DNA of 64,000 nt from Mobula birostris (Eukaryota). Below are positions 39,154-51,790 of this stretch, piece after piece. The stretch covers positions 21,772,630-21,836,629 of the forward strand of contig NC_092397.1 in assembly GCF_030028105.1 (NCBI RefSeq). Reading direction: 5' to 3'. A program made the translations under genes and the position numbers. Below the pieces are notes generated by a model, which saw only the letters and a list, made by a program, of their open reading frames with translations, was not told where the DNA came from and did not search any database. Numbering within the stretch: the stretch's first letter is position 1; each line of letters starts with the position of its first letter.

Positions 39154-41169
39154 TTCCTCGTCGGGTTCAAAAACAATAATAAGCAGAAGCTGTCCGGAGC
39201 GCGGATTAAATAGGCAGCGCCCAAAGCGGTATGTTAATGAGGATGGGAATGCTGAGCATTTCCATTGGCTGTTTGGAGAAATGAATCACCAATCGGAACG
39301 CTGGGGATGAGAAGCGGCGCCAATGGGCGGGGTTTACCGCTGTCGTTTGATGCGGGAGGAAGTACTGAAGGGCAGAGACAGGCCGGGGTGCGGGCTGAAA
39401 TTGAAAAGGGAAACGCAAATTTCAAAAGCCGAATGAAAATAAAATCAGATGAAATATTGTAAAATTAAACACTAGGACATTTAGTTCATGACATAGGGCT
39501 GCAGGAGAGTGAAGGAGAGATTTGGACATTTCAGTGTAAAGTTTAAATCGAGTTTATTTATGCACAGGTGAAAGGAACAAAGTATTTGTAGCAGCATCAC
39601 AGACATTGCATCAGAGACACAACACTGACAAGAAACACTGAAATTAAATATGAATTATACCAAAATATTCAAACAGACAGAAGACTATCAGAACAAAATC
39701 AAAATAACAAACAGATTATGCCGGCAGTGGGAGAATCATCCCTCTTGTGCTTCTTCATCTCGTCACTCTGGATTCAGTGTCACACAACGCTGCCACTTTG
39801 ATCTGGCCCATGCCTTCATTAACCAAGTCCAACACTTGCCTTTATTGCATCTTCCTTCTCCTTACACTGGTCATCGGGTTTGTGGGGGTGTGTGCCCCCT
39901 TGAACCTCAGGATTAGGTTTGAGGGTAGGGCTGGTGGATGTATATGCGGGGCTGGGAGAGATAATGCTGTGGAGTTTAGTATGGTGAGATAGGTGGGGCT
40001 ATGGTGGATAGGGTGGTGTAGTGGAGTCACTTCAATCTGGCCCATTCCTTTCATTAACGTGGCCTGACACCACTTGGCTTAATGAACCGGGTGTTGCAAA
40101 GGGACACATCGTCAGTAATGCAACCTGGGGTCATTGGGTGTTTTGGGTCTTTAATCATGAGACATCCTCGCCCAGACAACCCAGCCAGGGTTAATCAGGC
40201 CCGCTTGTGTTTATCCCATGGATCAAGGTAATGAGAGGCATGTAACTCTGCATGTTGTGGGTATTTTAGACCTTGTTACTTGGCTTTATTTTGACCATTT
40301 GGGGAGTAGAATGTTCTGAGGCCTAGTAATCAGGCTTTACCTCCAAGTAAGGTTCAACTTTCCTACTTTCAATTTAGAATTGTCTTTATTTTGCATCTGT
40401 ATGCCTGGGATTGCATGGGTTAAATTAACAGTGTTCACTGCAGTACAAATTAGTGATTAGGGCTGTGCAGATTGATCCATAATTCCAAAATGCAAACATC
40501 TCTGAAATCCAGAATTTTTTGTGCTGACATGACATCACAAATGGAGAATTTTACTCAGGATTAAATGGCTTGCCTAATGAAGAGAGTTTCACGGCTCTGG
40601 GCCTCTATTCATTGGAACTTCGAAGAAAGAAGGGTTACCAAATTGAAACCTATCAAATAGTGAAAGGGCTTGATTGAGTGGATGTGGAGAGGATTTTTCC
40701 TGTGATGGGTGTGTCTAAAACTGGACCACACAGCTTCAAAATAGAAATGGAAATGAGGAGGAATTTCTTCAGCCAGAGAGTGGTGAATCTGTGAATTGTT
40801 TTGCTACAGGCAGCTGTGGAGGCCAAATCACTGGGTATAGGCAGAGATTGATAGATTCTTGATTGGTCAGGGCATGAAGGGATACAATGGAAGGCAGGAG
40901 ATTGGGGCTGAGAGGAAAAATTGATCAGTGATGATGAAATGCCAGAGAAGGCTCGACAGGCAAAATGGCCGAATTCTGCTCCTGTATCTTATGGTCTTAT
41001 GGACTCACTTAGTGACTAAATCTCTCCCAGAGACTGTTGATCTCAGCTTTGACTCAACCCAGCAACTGAGGCTCCACATTACTTATATAAGGAATACAGA
41101 AGTTCTTTGTTCTCTGATTAACAAAATATCTCATTTCCATCCTGAATGCTTGTCACCTCATTCTGAGCA

Positions 41170-41400
41170 ACAGACACAAAATGCTGGAGGAAGTCAGCAG
41201 GCCAGGCAGCATCTATGGAAAAGAGTAACGAGTCGATGCTTCGGGCTGAGAATCTTCACCCTGAGATCTGATGAAGTGTCTCGGCCCGAAGTGTCGACTG
41301 TTAACTCTTTTTCATAGAGGCTGCCTGTCCTGCTGAGTTCTTCCAGCATTTTGTGTGTGTTGCGTTTGATTTCTAGCATCAGCAGATTCTCTCGTGTTTG
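41170..41400. mobile_element. Penelope-derived palindromic element with two opposed degenerate hammerheads
   Basis: Arms ACACAAAATGCTGGAGGAA...GGCAGC / GCTGCC...TTCCAGCATTTTGTGT. CTGATGA-AGTGTCTCGGCCC-GAAGTGTCGAC at 41268-41298. Confidence 0.7.
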
Positions 41401-43218
41401 TGATTTACACCTCATTCTAAGGGTATTTTCCTCAGATATGGAGTTCTCATTCAGGGGAAAGATCCTCCTTGCCTATTGCCTGTCATATCCTGAAAGAATC
41501 TAACAGATTTCCTCGTTTTCTCATGAACAGCAGGGAATACAGACCCAGCGCACTCACTCTCCTCTCATATAACCAACCTTCCATCCCCGGAACCAACCCA
41601 GTCAGTGTGGGGAACAGTCACTGCACTCCCTCTATTGCAGGGATATCCTTCCTGAGGAAGTGTGACCAAACCTGGACACGATACTCAAGGTGTGCTCTCA
41701 CCAGGGCCCTATATAATCCCAGTGAGACCTCTGTACCCTCTTGTACAATCCCCATGGATCACAGGACAAAATACTGTTTGAACATAGAACATAGAATAGT
41801 ACAGCACAGTACAGGCCCTTCGGCCCACAATGTTGTGCCGACCCTCAAACCCTGCCTCCCATATAAATAGAACATAGAATAGTACAGCACAGTTCAGGCA
41901 CTCTCATTACTTGTTGTATCTGCATGTAAACTCAAGTGATTTGTTTGCAAGGATGCCCAGGTCCCTCTGAACATCCCTGTGTGGAAATGACTCTTACAGT
42001 TTGTTCCTGGGAATGGGTGATCACACATTTCCCCACATTCTGTTCCATCTGCCACATCCTCAACCGTTCACTCTCCTGTCTACATCCCCCAAACCTTCTC
42101 ACTACTGACACTGTCTCTCCCACTCTGCCACAGCAGCAGACGTAGTTACTGAGTTATGCAGCACAGAAACAGGTCCTTCAGCCCAACACATCCATGCTGA
42201 CCAAGTGGCCAAACAAAATTATTGTCAGTTGCCTGCATTTGGCCCATGTCCCTGCGAAACTTCCCTCTCCACAGTCCAAGAGATATTGCAACTGTGCCCA
42301 CCTACACCACCACTTGGGGTAGTTTGTTCCATGTAAACAGCACATTCTGTGTACAAAACCTGCTCCTCAGGGTCCTATTTAAATCTTTCCTCTCTCACTT
42401 TATATCTGTAATCTCTCGCTTCCAACTCCATAAACCTGGAGATAACAGATTCACTGTTGACCATATCTATGACTGCCATTATTTTATCACCTTTCTAATG
42501 TCACATACACTCTGGTGAGAAAGGTCCTGGCCTATGCAGCCTCCTGTTAAATCCCTTTTGCACCCTCTCCAGTTTAATGTCACCCTCTGATCCCAGGGCA
42601 ACTATAACTGTACTCCGTGCTCCGAGAGTAGTTTCCCCGAGGCTGGTAGAGCTGTAACGTGACGTCACAGTCCAGTGGCCGATACTCTACCCGATGAATG
42701 CGAGTGTGGCGAACAGCTTCTTCACCGTCCTGCCTACCTGTGTTTACACTCTGAAGGAATTCGATATCTACACCCCGATATCTCTGTTTTACAGCACTCC
42801 CAGGGACAGACCATTCCCCACGGCAGTTCTGCCCTGGTTCGTCAATGACAATGGAACATCTCACATTTATCTGTCATTCCTCAAATCAGTGACCTCATTG
42901 ATCACCGTCCTGTTGTAATGTTAGTTACATTGTTTCACACTCCACGATATCACCAACTTTAGTGACATCGATAAATTTGCTGAGCCGGGCAGTGACGTTA
43001 TCAGCCCTGACTCAGCTCCCAGGCTTTTCCTCGCAGCGATACACGCGCAGTGCTGGAGGAACTCAGCAGGCCAGGCAGCATCTATGAGAAACTGGAAACA
43101 GCCAACGTTTCAGGCCGAGACCCTCCATCAGCATCTGCACAATGGTCTTGTGTTTACTTTTCCATCGATCCTAAATTACTGGATAACATGACCCATCCTC
43201 CAATCCTCTGCCACCACT

Positions 43219-43430
43219 CCTGCCCGAGAAACGCGCAGAGAGACAGAGGCGGGGAGGGGAGGAGACAGAGTCAGAGTGACGGACAGAGCCGAGAGCGGCC
43301 TCTCATCGTCCAGCTCCGTCTTCACTTTAATACACCCGGCAATTTCCAACGGTTTGTCCGAAACACAGAGCTCCAGAGAGAGAGAAAAACTCCCTCACAC
43401 ACCACGTACAGAAGGAGTTCTAGGAATTTA
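43219..43430 (-). repeat. Third, orphan copy of the H4 upstream region, truncated before the TATA box
   Basis: CCTGCCCGAGAAACGCGCAGAGAGACAGAGG... matches 44308-44489 directly and ~24105-24320 inverted. Confidence 0.88.
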
Positions 43431-43872
43431 CTGGCAGTCGGACTTCATCGGATCAGAATACAGTGTGATTGGCGCAGGATCAATTTCAAATTGCCCGCCA
43501 ATTTCAAAGCACCCAGCAACGGTGATGGAAGACTTTTTTAAAAATTATTTACCGTTAGTTTTATCACGCATTATACAATTTCAGTTTCATTTAATAAATT
43601 TAATATCTAATCCCCTGAGTTAAGATTTAAATGCATAATTACGGAGTCGCTTCTCTAAACGAGTGAACTGATTCCTGTCCGAGACGGATAAAAGGATGAA
43701 GATCGATCTTAACGCGTTCAGAGGTTCTGAAGTAATCACCGACTGGAAAGGCAGATTCGCAGGAATATTGCAAACCGAACCGATTAATGTGTTTCAAATG
43801 TAACTCAGCTGAATGTATCGATAAAAATAATTAAAAGGTTGTGGATACGGCTCCGTCTGTGAGGCGGTGGGT

Positions 43873-43888
43873 GGCTCTTAGAAGAGCC
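43873..43888 (-). terminator. Histone mRNA 3' stem-loop (second H4)
   Basis: Minus strand GGCTCTTCTAAGAGCC-ACCCA. Confidence 0.95.
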
Positions 43889-43921
43889 TTTGTTTCGTGC
43901 TCGGGAGGAAGTGGGAGTTTT

Positions 43922-44242
<321 letters not shown>

Positions 44243-46734
44243 TCACTCAGATCGCTGCTCACTGACAAACTGCCTGTTGCTGTCTCCTTTTATACACAGC
44301 GCCCCGACCTGCCCGAGAAACGCGCAGAGAGACAGAGGCGGGGAGGGGAGGAGACAGAGTCAGAGTGACGGACAGAGCCGAGAGCGGCCTCTCATCGTCC
44401 AGCTCCGCCTTCACTTTACCACAACCGCCAATTTCCAACGATTCATCCGACACAAAGCGCTCCAGCGAAAAACAAAACTCCCTCACACACAGTCTGAAAA
44501 GAACGAGAGCCAATGTCAGGCTAATAAACATGGTGGGACTGATGGGCTGAAATGAATTTATTTCAACACTAGGAGTACTATGTTATCGGACGGACAGGGC
44601 TGGCAGCTCAACATTCCTGGGTTTCATTGTTTTACATGTGAATGGGGGGTTAAAAATGCAGAGGTTACCTCACTGGGAATGTCACAGCAAACTGGAAGGT
44701 TCATTTACAGAGGCAATCTGCAGTTACACTGTTGGGGTGTTTGTATTGGCCCCGCAACAACCAGTGGGGGGACATTATCTTCTCTAGATTAACTGGAACT
44801 TGCTTAATTCTTAAATGCGCCAGATTTCTTCAGTGAATCTGAGAGGTGTTTGAAACATTATGTACAGGGCCCAACCAGAGGTGAGAACAGATGGGAATGA
44901 GCCAGGCCAGGTGACAGTTGAGAGTCAGTGAACATTTTGGGAACAGTGATCACAAGTTTCTTTTTTTCTTAGTTACAAGTAAAAATAAAAGTAGATCTTG
45001 TATGAAGGTACTAATTTGCAGGAGGACAAGTCAGGACGGAGGAAGACAGGAGCCAGGCAACATTGATCGGGAGCAGCCACTGTCAGACAAGTCCACATCT
45101 GATGTGTGGGAGTTGTTTAAAGACCAGCAACTCTGAGTTCAGGATCAGCATGTTCCGGTGAGGAGTGAGGAGAAGGATGGTAAGTAAGGGATCTTTAGAC
45201 AAGCGGAGAGATCCTAAATTTAGTCAAAAGGTTGTGGAAGGTTTGTGAAGCTAAAGTCAGACTGGGTACCTTTGGAATATAAAGGTAGCAGGGAAATGCT
45301 AAAGCAGGTGATAGGAAAGGCCAAAAGGGGCCACAAACTGTCCTTGTAATGTAGGACCAAAGATGATCCCAAGGCCTTGTGATTTGTATTAATAAGACGA
45401 GGATAACCAGAGAATAGAAATGTCGACTCAAGATTAAAGGAGGAATGATGTGGTTGAAGTCAGATCAAGTGGCTGAGGTACTAAATGAGTATGTTGTGTC
45501 AGTATTTACTGAAGTGAAGGAATTGAATGGCAATGAAAACAGAATGAGGCATGCGAATGTGCAGAGACATTTTGAGATTAAGGAGCAGGTTGTGCTGGGA
45601 CATCTGAAAAGCAATAAGATGGCTAAGACTCCAGGGCCTGAAGGCAAATATCCTACAACAGTGAAAGAAACAAGTGAGCAGATTGCCGGTGATTTGACAA
45701 GGATCTATGTGTCCTCGATCACAACATGTGAGGTCCCACAGGACTAGAGTGTCAGAAATATTGCAGCTTTGATCAAGAAGGGAAATAACAAGAATCCAGG
45801 AACCTATAGGCAAGGCAGCCCCATTTCAGTGGTAGAGAAGCTACTGGGGAGGATATTGAGGTACAGGATTTATGCACATTTGGAAAGGCATGGCCTGCTT
45901 AGGGACAATCAACATGGTTTTGTGTGGGCAGATCATGCTTGACAAAATTGATTGAGGTTTCTCAGGAAGTGACACAGGCTAAGATATAGGAGCAGAATTC
46001 AACCATTTGGCCCGTCGTCTGCTCCGACATTTCATTGTGGCTGATCCATTTTTCCTTTCGGCCCCAGTCTCCTGCCTTTCCCCTGTATCCCTTCATACTC
46101 TGACCAATCAAGAATCTATCAACCTCTGCCTTAAATATACATAAAGTCCTGGCTTAACAGCTCCCTGTGGCAATGAATTCCACAGATGAACCACTCTCTG
46201 GCTAAAGAAATTCCTCATCTCCACATTCTACAAGGATATTCTTCTATTCTGAGGCTGTGTCCTGATATTAGACACTCCCACCCATCTTCTGCACATGCAC
46301 TTTATCACTGCCTTTCACCATTCGATAGGTTTCAATTGGGCCACCCCTCATTGTTCAAAAATTCCAGTGAATACAGGCCCAGAGCCATCAAACATTCTTC
46401 ATATGACAAGATGTTTCATCCTGGAATCAATCTGGAGAACCTCCTTTGAAACCCATCGAGTTTCAGCTCATCCTTCCTAAGATGAAGAGCCCAAAACTGC
46501 TCACAATACTCCAGTGAGACCTCCACAGTACTTAATAAAGTCTGATCATTACTATGATTGGCGCAGATATTGTGAGACGAAGGGCAGGTTGCCATCTGTT
46601 CCATATTGTGTACTGATGAATATGTTTGATCTGACAGTAATTGCAGGGACATGGTTACAGAGACTGGGACTTCGACATTCCACTATATTCAATGTTCCAC
46701 ACGGAATTGGCAAAATGTAAGTTATTAGGTTTTA

Positions 46735-48220
46735 TTGTTTTGCAATGGATTTAATTTGGCTTTTTTGACACTGATCAACAGAAAAGACTATGGTGTCAAA
46801 GTGAAAACAGGTCTAAATTAATTGTAAATATGGAACAAAATAATTCATTGCCTTAGTATTTACCTCCTTCAAAGCCTTAATTAGTTGATGCACCTTTGGC
46901 AGTATTTACAGTTGAGTCTGTGTCGATAGGTGTCTATCAGCTTTGCACATCTGAACACTGCAATTTTTCCCCATTCTTCTTTACAAAACTGCAGAAGCTC
47001 TGTCAGAATGCATGGGTTAGTGAGCGAACACTTCTTTTCAAGTCCAGCCACAAATTCTCAATTGGATTGAGGTCTGAACTCTCACAAAGCCACTCCAGGA
47101 CATTAACTTTGTTGTTTTAAGGCATTCCTTTGCAGCTTTGGTTTTATGCTTGTGGTCATTGTCATGCTGGAAAATTAATTTTCTCCTAAGTCGCAGTTCT
47201 CTTGAAGACTGAATTTGGTTTTCCTCCAGGATTTCCCTGTATTTTGCTGCATTCATTTTACCCTCTACCTTTATGTGCCTTTCAGGGCCTGCTGCAGTGA
47301 AGCATACCCACAGGATGATGCAGCCTCCACCATACTTCACGGTAGGGATGGTATGTTTTTGATGTTGTGCGGTGTTTGGCTTACTCCAAACTTAGTGTTT
47401 GTGATGGTCAAAAGGTTCAATTTTGTTTTCATCAGACCATAGAATCTTCTTCCAACTAACTTCAGAGTCCCCAACAATTCTGGGAAACTCCAGGGAAGAT
47501 TTCATCAGAGCATTTTTCAACACTGGCTTTTTCTCTGCCACTCTCCCGTAAAGCTGCGACTGGTGAAACACCCGGGCAACAGTTGATGTATGCACAATCT
47601 CTCCCACCACTGAAGCTTGTAACTCCTCTAGAGTTATCATAGGTCTCTTGGTGGCCTCCCCCACTGGCCCCTTCTTGCATGGCCATTCAGTTTTTGAGGA
47701 TAGTCTGCTCTTGGTAGATTTACAGCTGTGCCATATACTTCCCACTTCTGGATGAGTGACTTAACTGTACTCCAAGGGCATTCAGTGACTTGGAAATGTT
47801 CTTGTATCCATCTCCTGGCTTGTGTTTGTCAATTACCTGTTTGCAGAGCAGCTCAGAGTGTTGATTTGTCTTCACGGTGTAGTTTCTCCCAGGATACTGA
47901 CTCACCAGCAGTTCGACCTTCCACTTACAGGTGTACTATTACTACAATCAATTGAAACACCTTGACTGCACACGGTGATCCCCATTTAACTGATCATGCA
48001 ACATCGAAAACTAGTTGGCTGCACCAATGATGATTCGGTGTGTCAGTGTCATATTAAAGGGGGTGAATAATTAAACAGACAATTATTTTGTGTTTTAGAT
48101 TTGTAATTAGTTTAGAGCATTTTGTAGAGATTTGTTTTCCCTTTGACACAAAAGAGTCTTTTTCCATTGATTGGTTTCAAAAAAAGCCAAATTCAATCCA
48201 CTGAGATTCAATGCTGTAAA
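46735..48220 (-). mobile_element. Near-full-length inactive Tc1/mariner transposon with long terminal inverted repeats
   Basis: Frameshifted transposase: GDGYKNISKSL, WSDENKIEPF, KYGGGCIILWVCF, FQHDNDHKH. Inverted ends at ~46740-46872 and ~48055-48205. Confidence 0.88.
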
Positions 48221-51200
48221 TTTTCATAGGAACTTTATATGTAGGGACAATGATGGTGAAAGGGGGAGGGAAAGACAACATTGGTAGGAGCGGCCTCAAG
48301 ATCCTGGGGTGTGGTCGAAGGCATTCAAGGAAATATTAAATCAAAGAACATACAAAGAGGCGCTGGTGGTGCACAAGAGAATCAGAGATTTTCTAGGAAC
48401 CAGTGAAAAGCTAAAAGTAAAAAGGAACACGCAGAGAAGTTAACTCAATAATTTGCATTAGTGCTCACAGTGGGTCACAGCAAACATCGCACAGATATCT
48501 AACGGTGACATTTCAACATTGTGCCATAATGTATAACAATTGGCATCACAAGGGAGAAACTAATGGGACTAAAAGCAAACTTTACCAGGTCCCAACGACC
48601 TGCACTGGAGGGTTTCACAGGAAGTCTGTAGAGAAAGTAGAGACATTGAAGTTTGTCAAAACTCACTGTTACAGAAAGGTCCCAGTGGAGTTGAAAACCA
48701 TTGCTGAAGAAGGGTGGAAGATAAAAAGCAGGTAACTGTAGTCCTGTTAACTTCACTTCAGGTACTGGAGTTGATAATCTATCAAGAAATAACAAATCAT
48801 TTGGAAAAGTTCAATGTCTACAGTCAGGTTCACACAGATTCCACGATGACCAAAGTTCCCATCTGAGCTTGTGGTCTGTAACCCCCTCACCACCACATTA
48901 TGAAGAAGGTTATCCTCCTCCTTGTCCCATTTCTCTGCATTTGGCCCAGATACTTCAAAACCTTTTCTTTCCATCTATCTGTCCAAGTGCCTTTTTAATG
49001 TCCCTGACTCAACCATTCCCCCTAGCAGCTCATTCCATTTCCAGCCTCCAGGTCCCTCATGATTTTATACACCTCTGCAATATCAGCACTCATTCTCCAA
49101 CATTACAGGGAAAATTATCCAAAACACCTTTCCACAAATCCTTTGAGATCCAGTAACATCCCCATAAATCTCCTCTGTGCTCTTTCCAGCTGAATGGTGT
49201 CTGTCATACAGCAGGGTCACAGAAACTAAACACTATTTGCAAAATGTGGCTAAACCAACGTGTTGGACAACTGCAACATCTCATCCCAGCTTCTATATTC
49301 GGGGCCCTGAGTGAAGGCCAGTGTTCCAAAAGCCTCTTCACCACCCTGTCCATCTGGAACCTGGTCTTGGACCCTGTAACCTGGGTTGTTGAATGTTAAG
49401 TCATGTTTGACAAACACACCAGAGATTTAAGACTTTACAGGGGAAGTTGGAGAAGTGGTGTTTTTGGATTTTCAGGAGCCATTTGCCAAGGTGCCACAAG
49501 TAAGGCTGGTGCACAAGACCAGAGCTCAGTACTGGGAAGGAAGTGTGTTAATACTGACTGAAGACTGGTCATCATACTGAGACAGAATAACAGGTCTGTT
49601 TCAGACTGGGATGATATAACTCGTGGAGTGTCCCAGCGACCAGTTCTGGATTGTCAATGATTTATTATTGATATTAATGACCCGGAGGAGCGGCAGAGAG
49701 TGAGGAATCCACGGTGGCAATGACAGTGAATGTGGTGGGGGACATGTTGTGATTGGACATTTCATCTCTTCAATGGGACATGGGAAGCTGGTGAGCAGAA
49801 TACATGGTAAACGGAGTTTAATGTGGTGAAGTGTGAAGGCATGTCGAGTGGTAGGAGGAATCAAAAGTCAAACTATTATTTATGTGGAGATAAATTATAA
49901 ATGAGAGAAATAGAGAGGGGTCGAGGTGCTGAACTACACAACAAAATAGAGACAGGAGCAGTGAGTGGTTCATAAAGCCATATATGACCAAGGTTTAGAG
50001 CTGAATGGTCCATTGACATTTACTGCTGGGGTGTTGGTGCAGAGAAACAGAGAAGTGTTGTTACTGTGACAGACAAGTGCACAATGATGGATTTTGGGAA
50101 GTTAAAGCAGGTCAGGACATACCCAGTGAATGGAGGGTCCTGAGGAGTGTTGATGAAAGAGAAACCTGGGGCACAGGTACCTTACTCCCTGAAAGTGCCA
50201 ACACAGGCAGACAAGGTGGTGAAGAAGGAGCACAACATGCTTGTCTTCATCGGCAAAGGCTCTGAGAGGAGTTGGGACATCACATTACAGTTGTACAAAT
50301 CAATAATGACACCACACCAGGAGTACCCTGTGCAGTTCTGGTTACATGAGAGGAAGGATGTGATTAAGCTGGAAAGGTGCAGAAACAATTCACAGGAATG
50401 TTACCTGCTCTGGGGGCTTGAGTTACAAGGAAATATCAGACTGACTGGGACTGTTTTCCCTGGAGTGAAGGAGACTGAGGGGGAGACCTGACAGAAGATT
50501 ATAGAACTATGAGAGGTGTAAACAAGGTAAACAGGCAAGATCATTTTGCCAGGGTAGAAATATCAAATATGAGAAGGCGCAGCTTTAAAATGCCAAGGTG
50601 AGAATTTAAAGGTGGACATTAGGACAGGTAAGATTTCTGTTTCTGTACAGAGAGTGGTGAGGGCCGGGTATGGGCTGCCATGGGGAGTGGTGGAAGCAGA
50701 TATGATAATGACATTTAACAGGGTTTTAGATAACCAAATGAATATTCAGAGAATTGAAGCACATGAATTATAAGCAGGCAGAAGAGACTTAGTTTCATTT
50801 GGCATCGTGTTCAGCACAGACATCATGGGAAGAAGGGTCTGTTCCTGTGCTGTACTGTTCTGTGTTCTCGGTGAGCCTCAGTGACAGGGGAGTCTTTAGC
50901 CGGGGTCACAGACAAGTGTATCTGTGGCAAGGAGAGAGACTGCACGATGGTGCATTGCCTCCCTGGTACCAGGGCCAAGGATGGAATTGAACAAGTACAG
51001 GCCATTCTGAAAGGGCAGGGTGAGCAGCCAGAGGTCGTGGTCCATATTGACACCAACAAAAGAGAAAAGTCCTGCAAGGAGAACTCAGGGAGTTGGGGAA
51101 AAAGTTAAGTGGAAACTCTGTGGTCGGGGGGGGGGGGTGGAAATCCCAGTGCCACCTGCTAGCGAGGGAAGAAATAAAAGTGTGATACAGTTATATGTGT

Positions 51201-51339
51201 GGTTCACGAGCTGGTGCAGGATGGAGGGTTTTAGTTACATGGATCATTGGGCTCTCCTTCAGGACAGGTGATGGGAAGAGTAAGATGTCAGCAACTGGCA
51301 TTGACGGATGTGGATTAACACAGGAAGTAAGTCCAAATG

Positions 51340-51790
51340 GATAAATTACAGTGTCTCAGTAGCATTACAAGTGCACAGATATACAAATATCAGAAGAGAA
51401 GCAAGAGAAAGAATAAAAAGTAAGTTACCTCCAACAGTCTAACATGGGGGTGGGGTGGGGGGGGGGGTCATCACTTCCCCGGCTATTGGTTGACTCATTA
51501 TTGACCCTGACAGCCCAGTGTAAGAATGACTTCATACAGCGCTCCTTGGAGCAGCAGAGTTGTCTTATTCTGTTACAGAAGGTGCTCCTCTGTTCAGCCA
51601 AGGTGGCATGCAGAGGGTGAGAAACATTGTCCAGGATTGCCAGGATTTTCCGTAGGGTCCTTTGTTTTACCACGGCCCCCAGTGTGTCCAGTTTCTCTCC
51701 TATAACAGAACCAGCCTTTCCAATCAGTTTATTGAGTCAGATGGCATCACCCGTGTTGGTGCCATTGGCCCAGTACACCACTGTGAAGTT
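51340..51790 (-). mobile_element. Rex/Babar-like 3' fragment specific to the right arm
   Basis: ORF 51425-51673: ILDNVSHPLH...RSTF...KSFL. Confidence 0.7.

Noticed and set aside
39790-40220. Imperfect direct repeat (ATCTGGCCCAT..CTTCATTAAC) and possible structured RNA
   Set aside because: No ribozyme core or RNA family could be matched by eye; probably an unclassified TE fragment.
41780-41900. Short direct repeat AACATAGAATAGTACAGCACAGT
   Set aside because: Two severely truncated CR1 3' tails of the family seen at 4653-4735.
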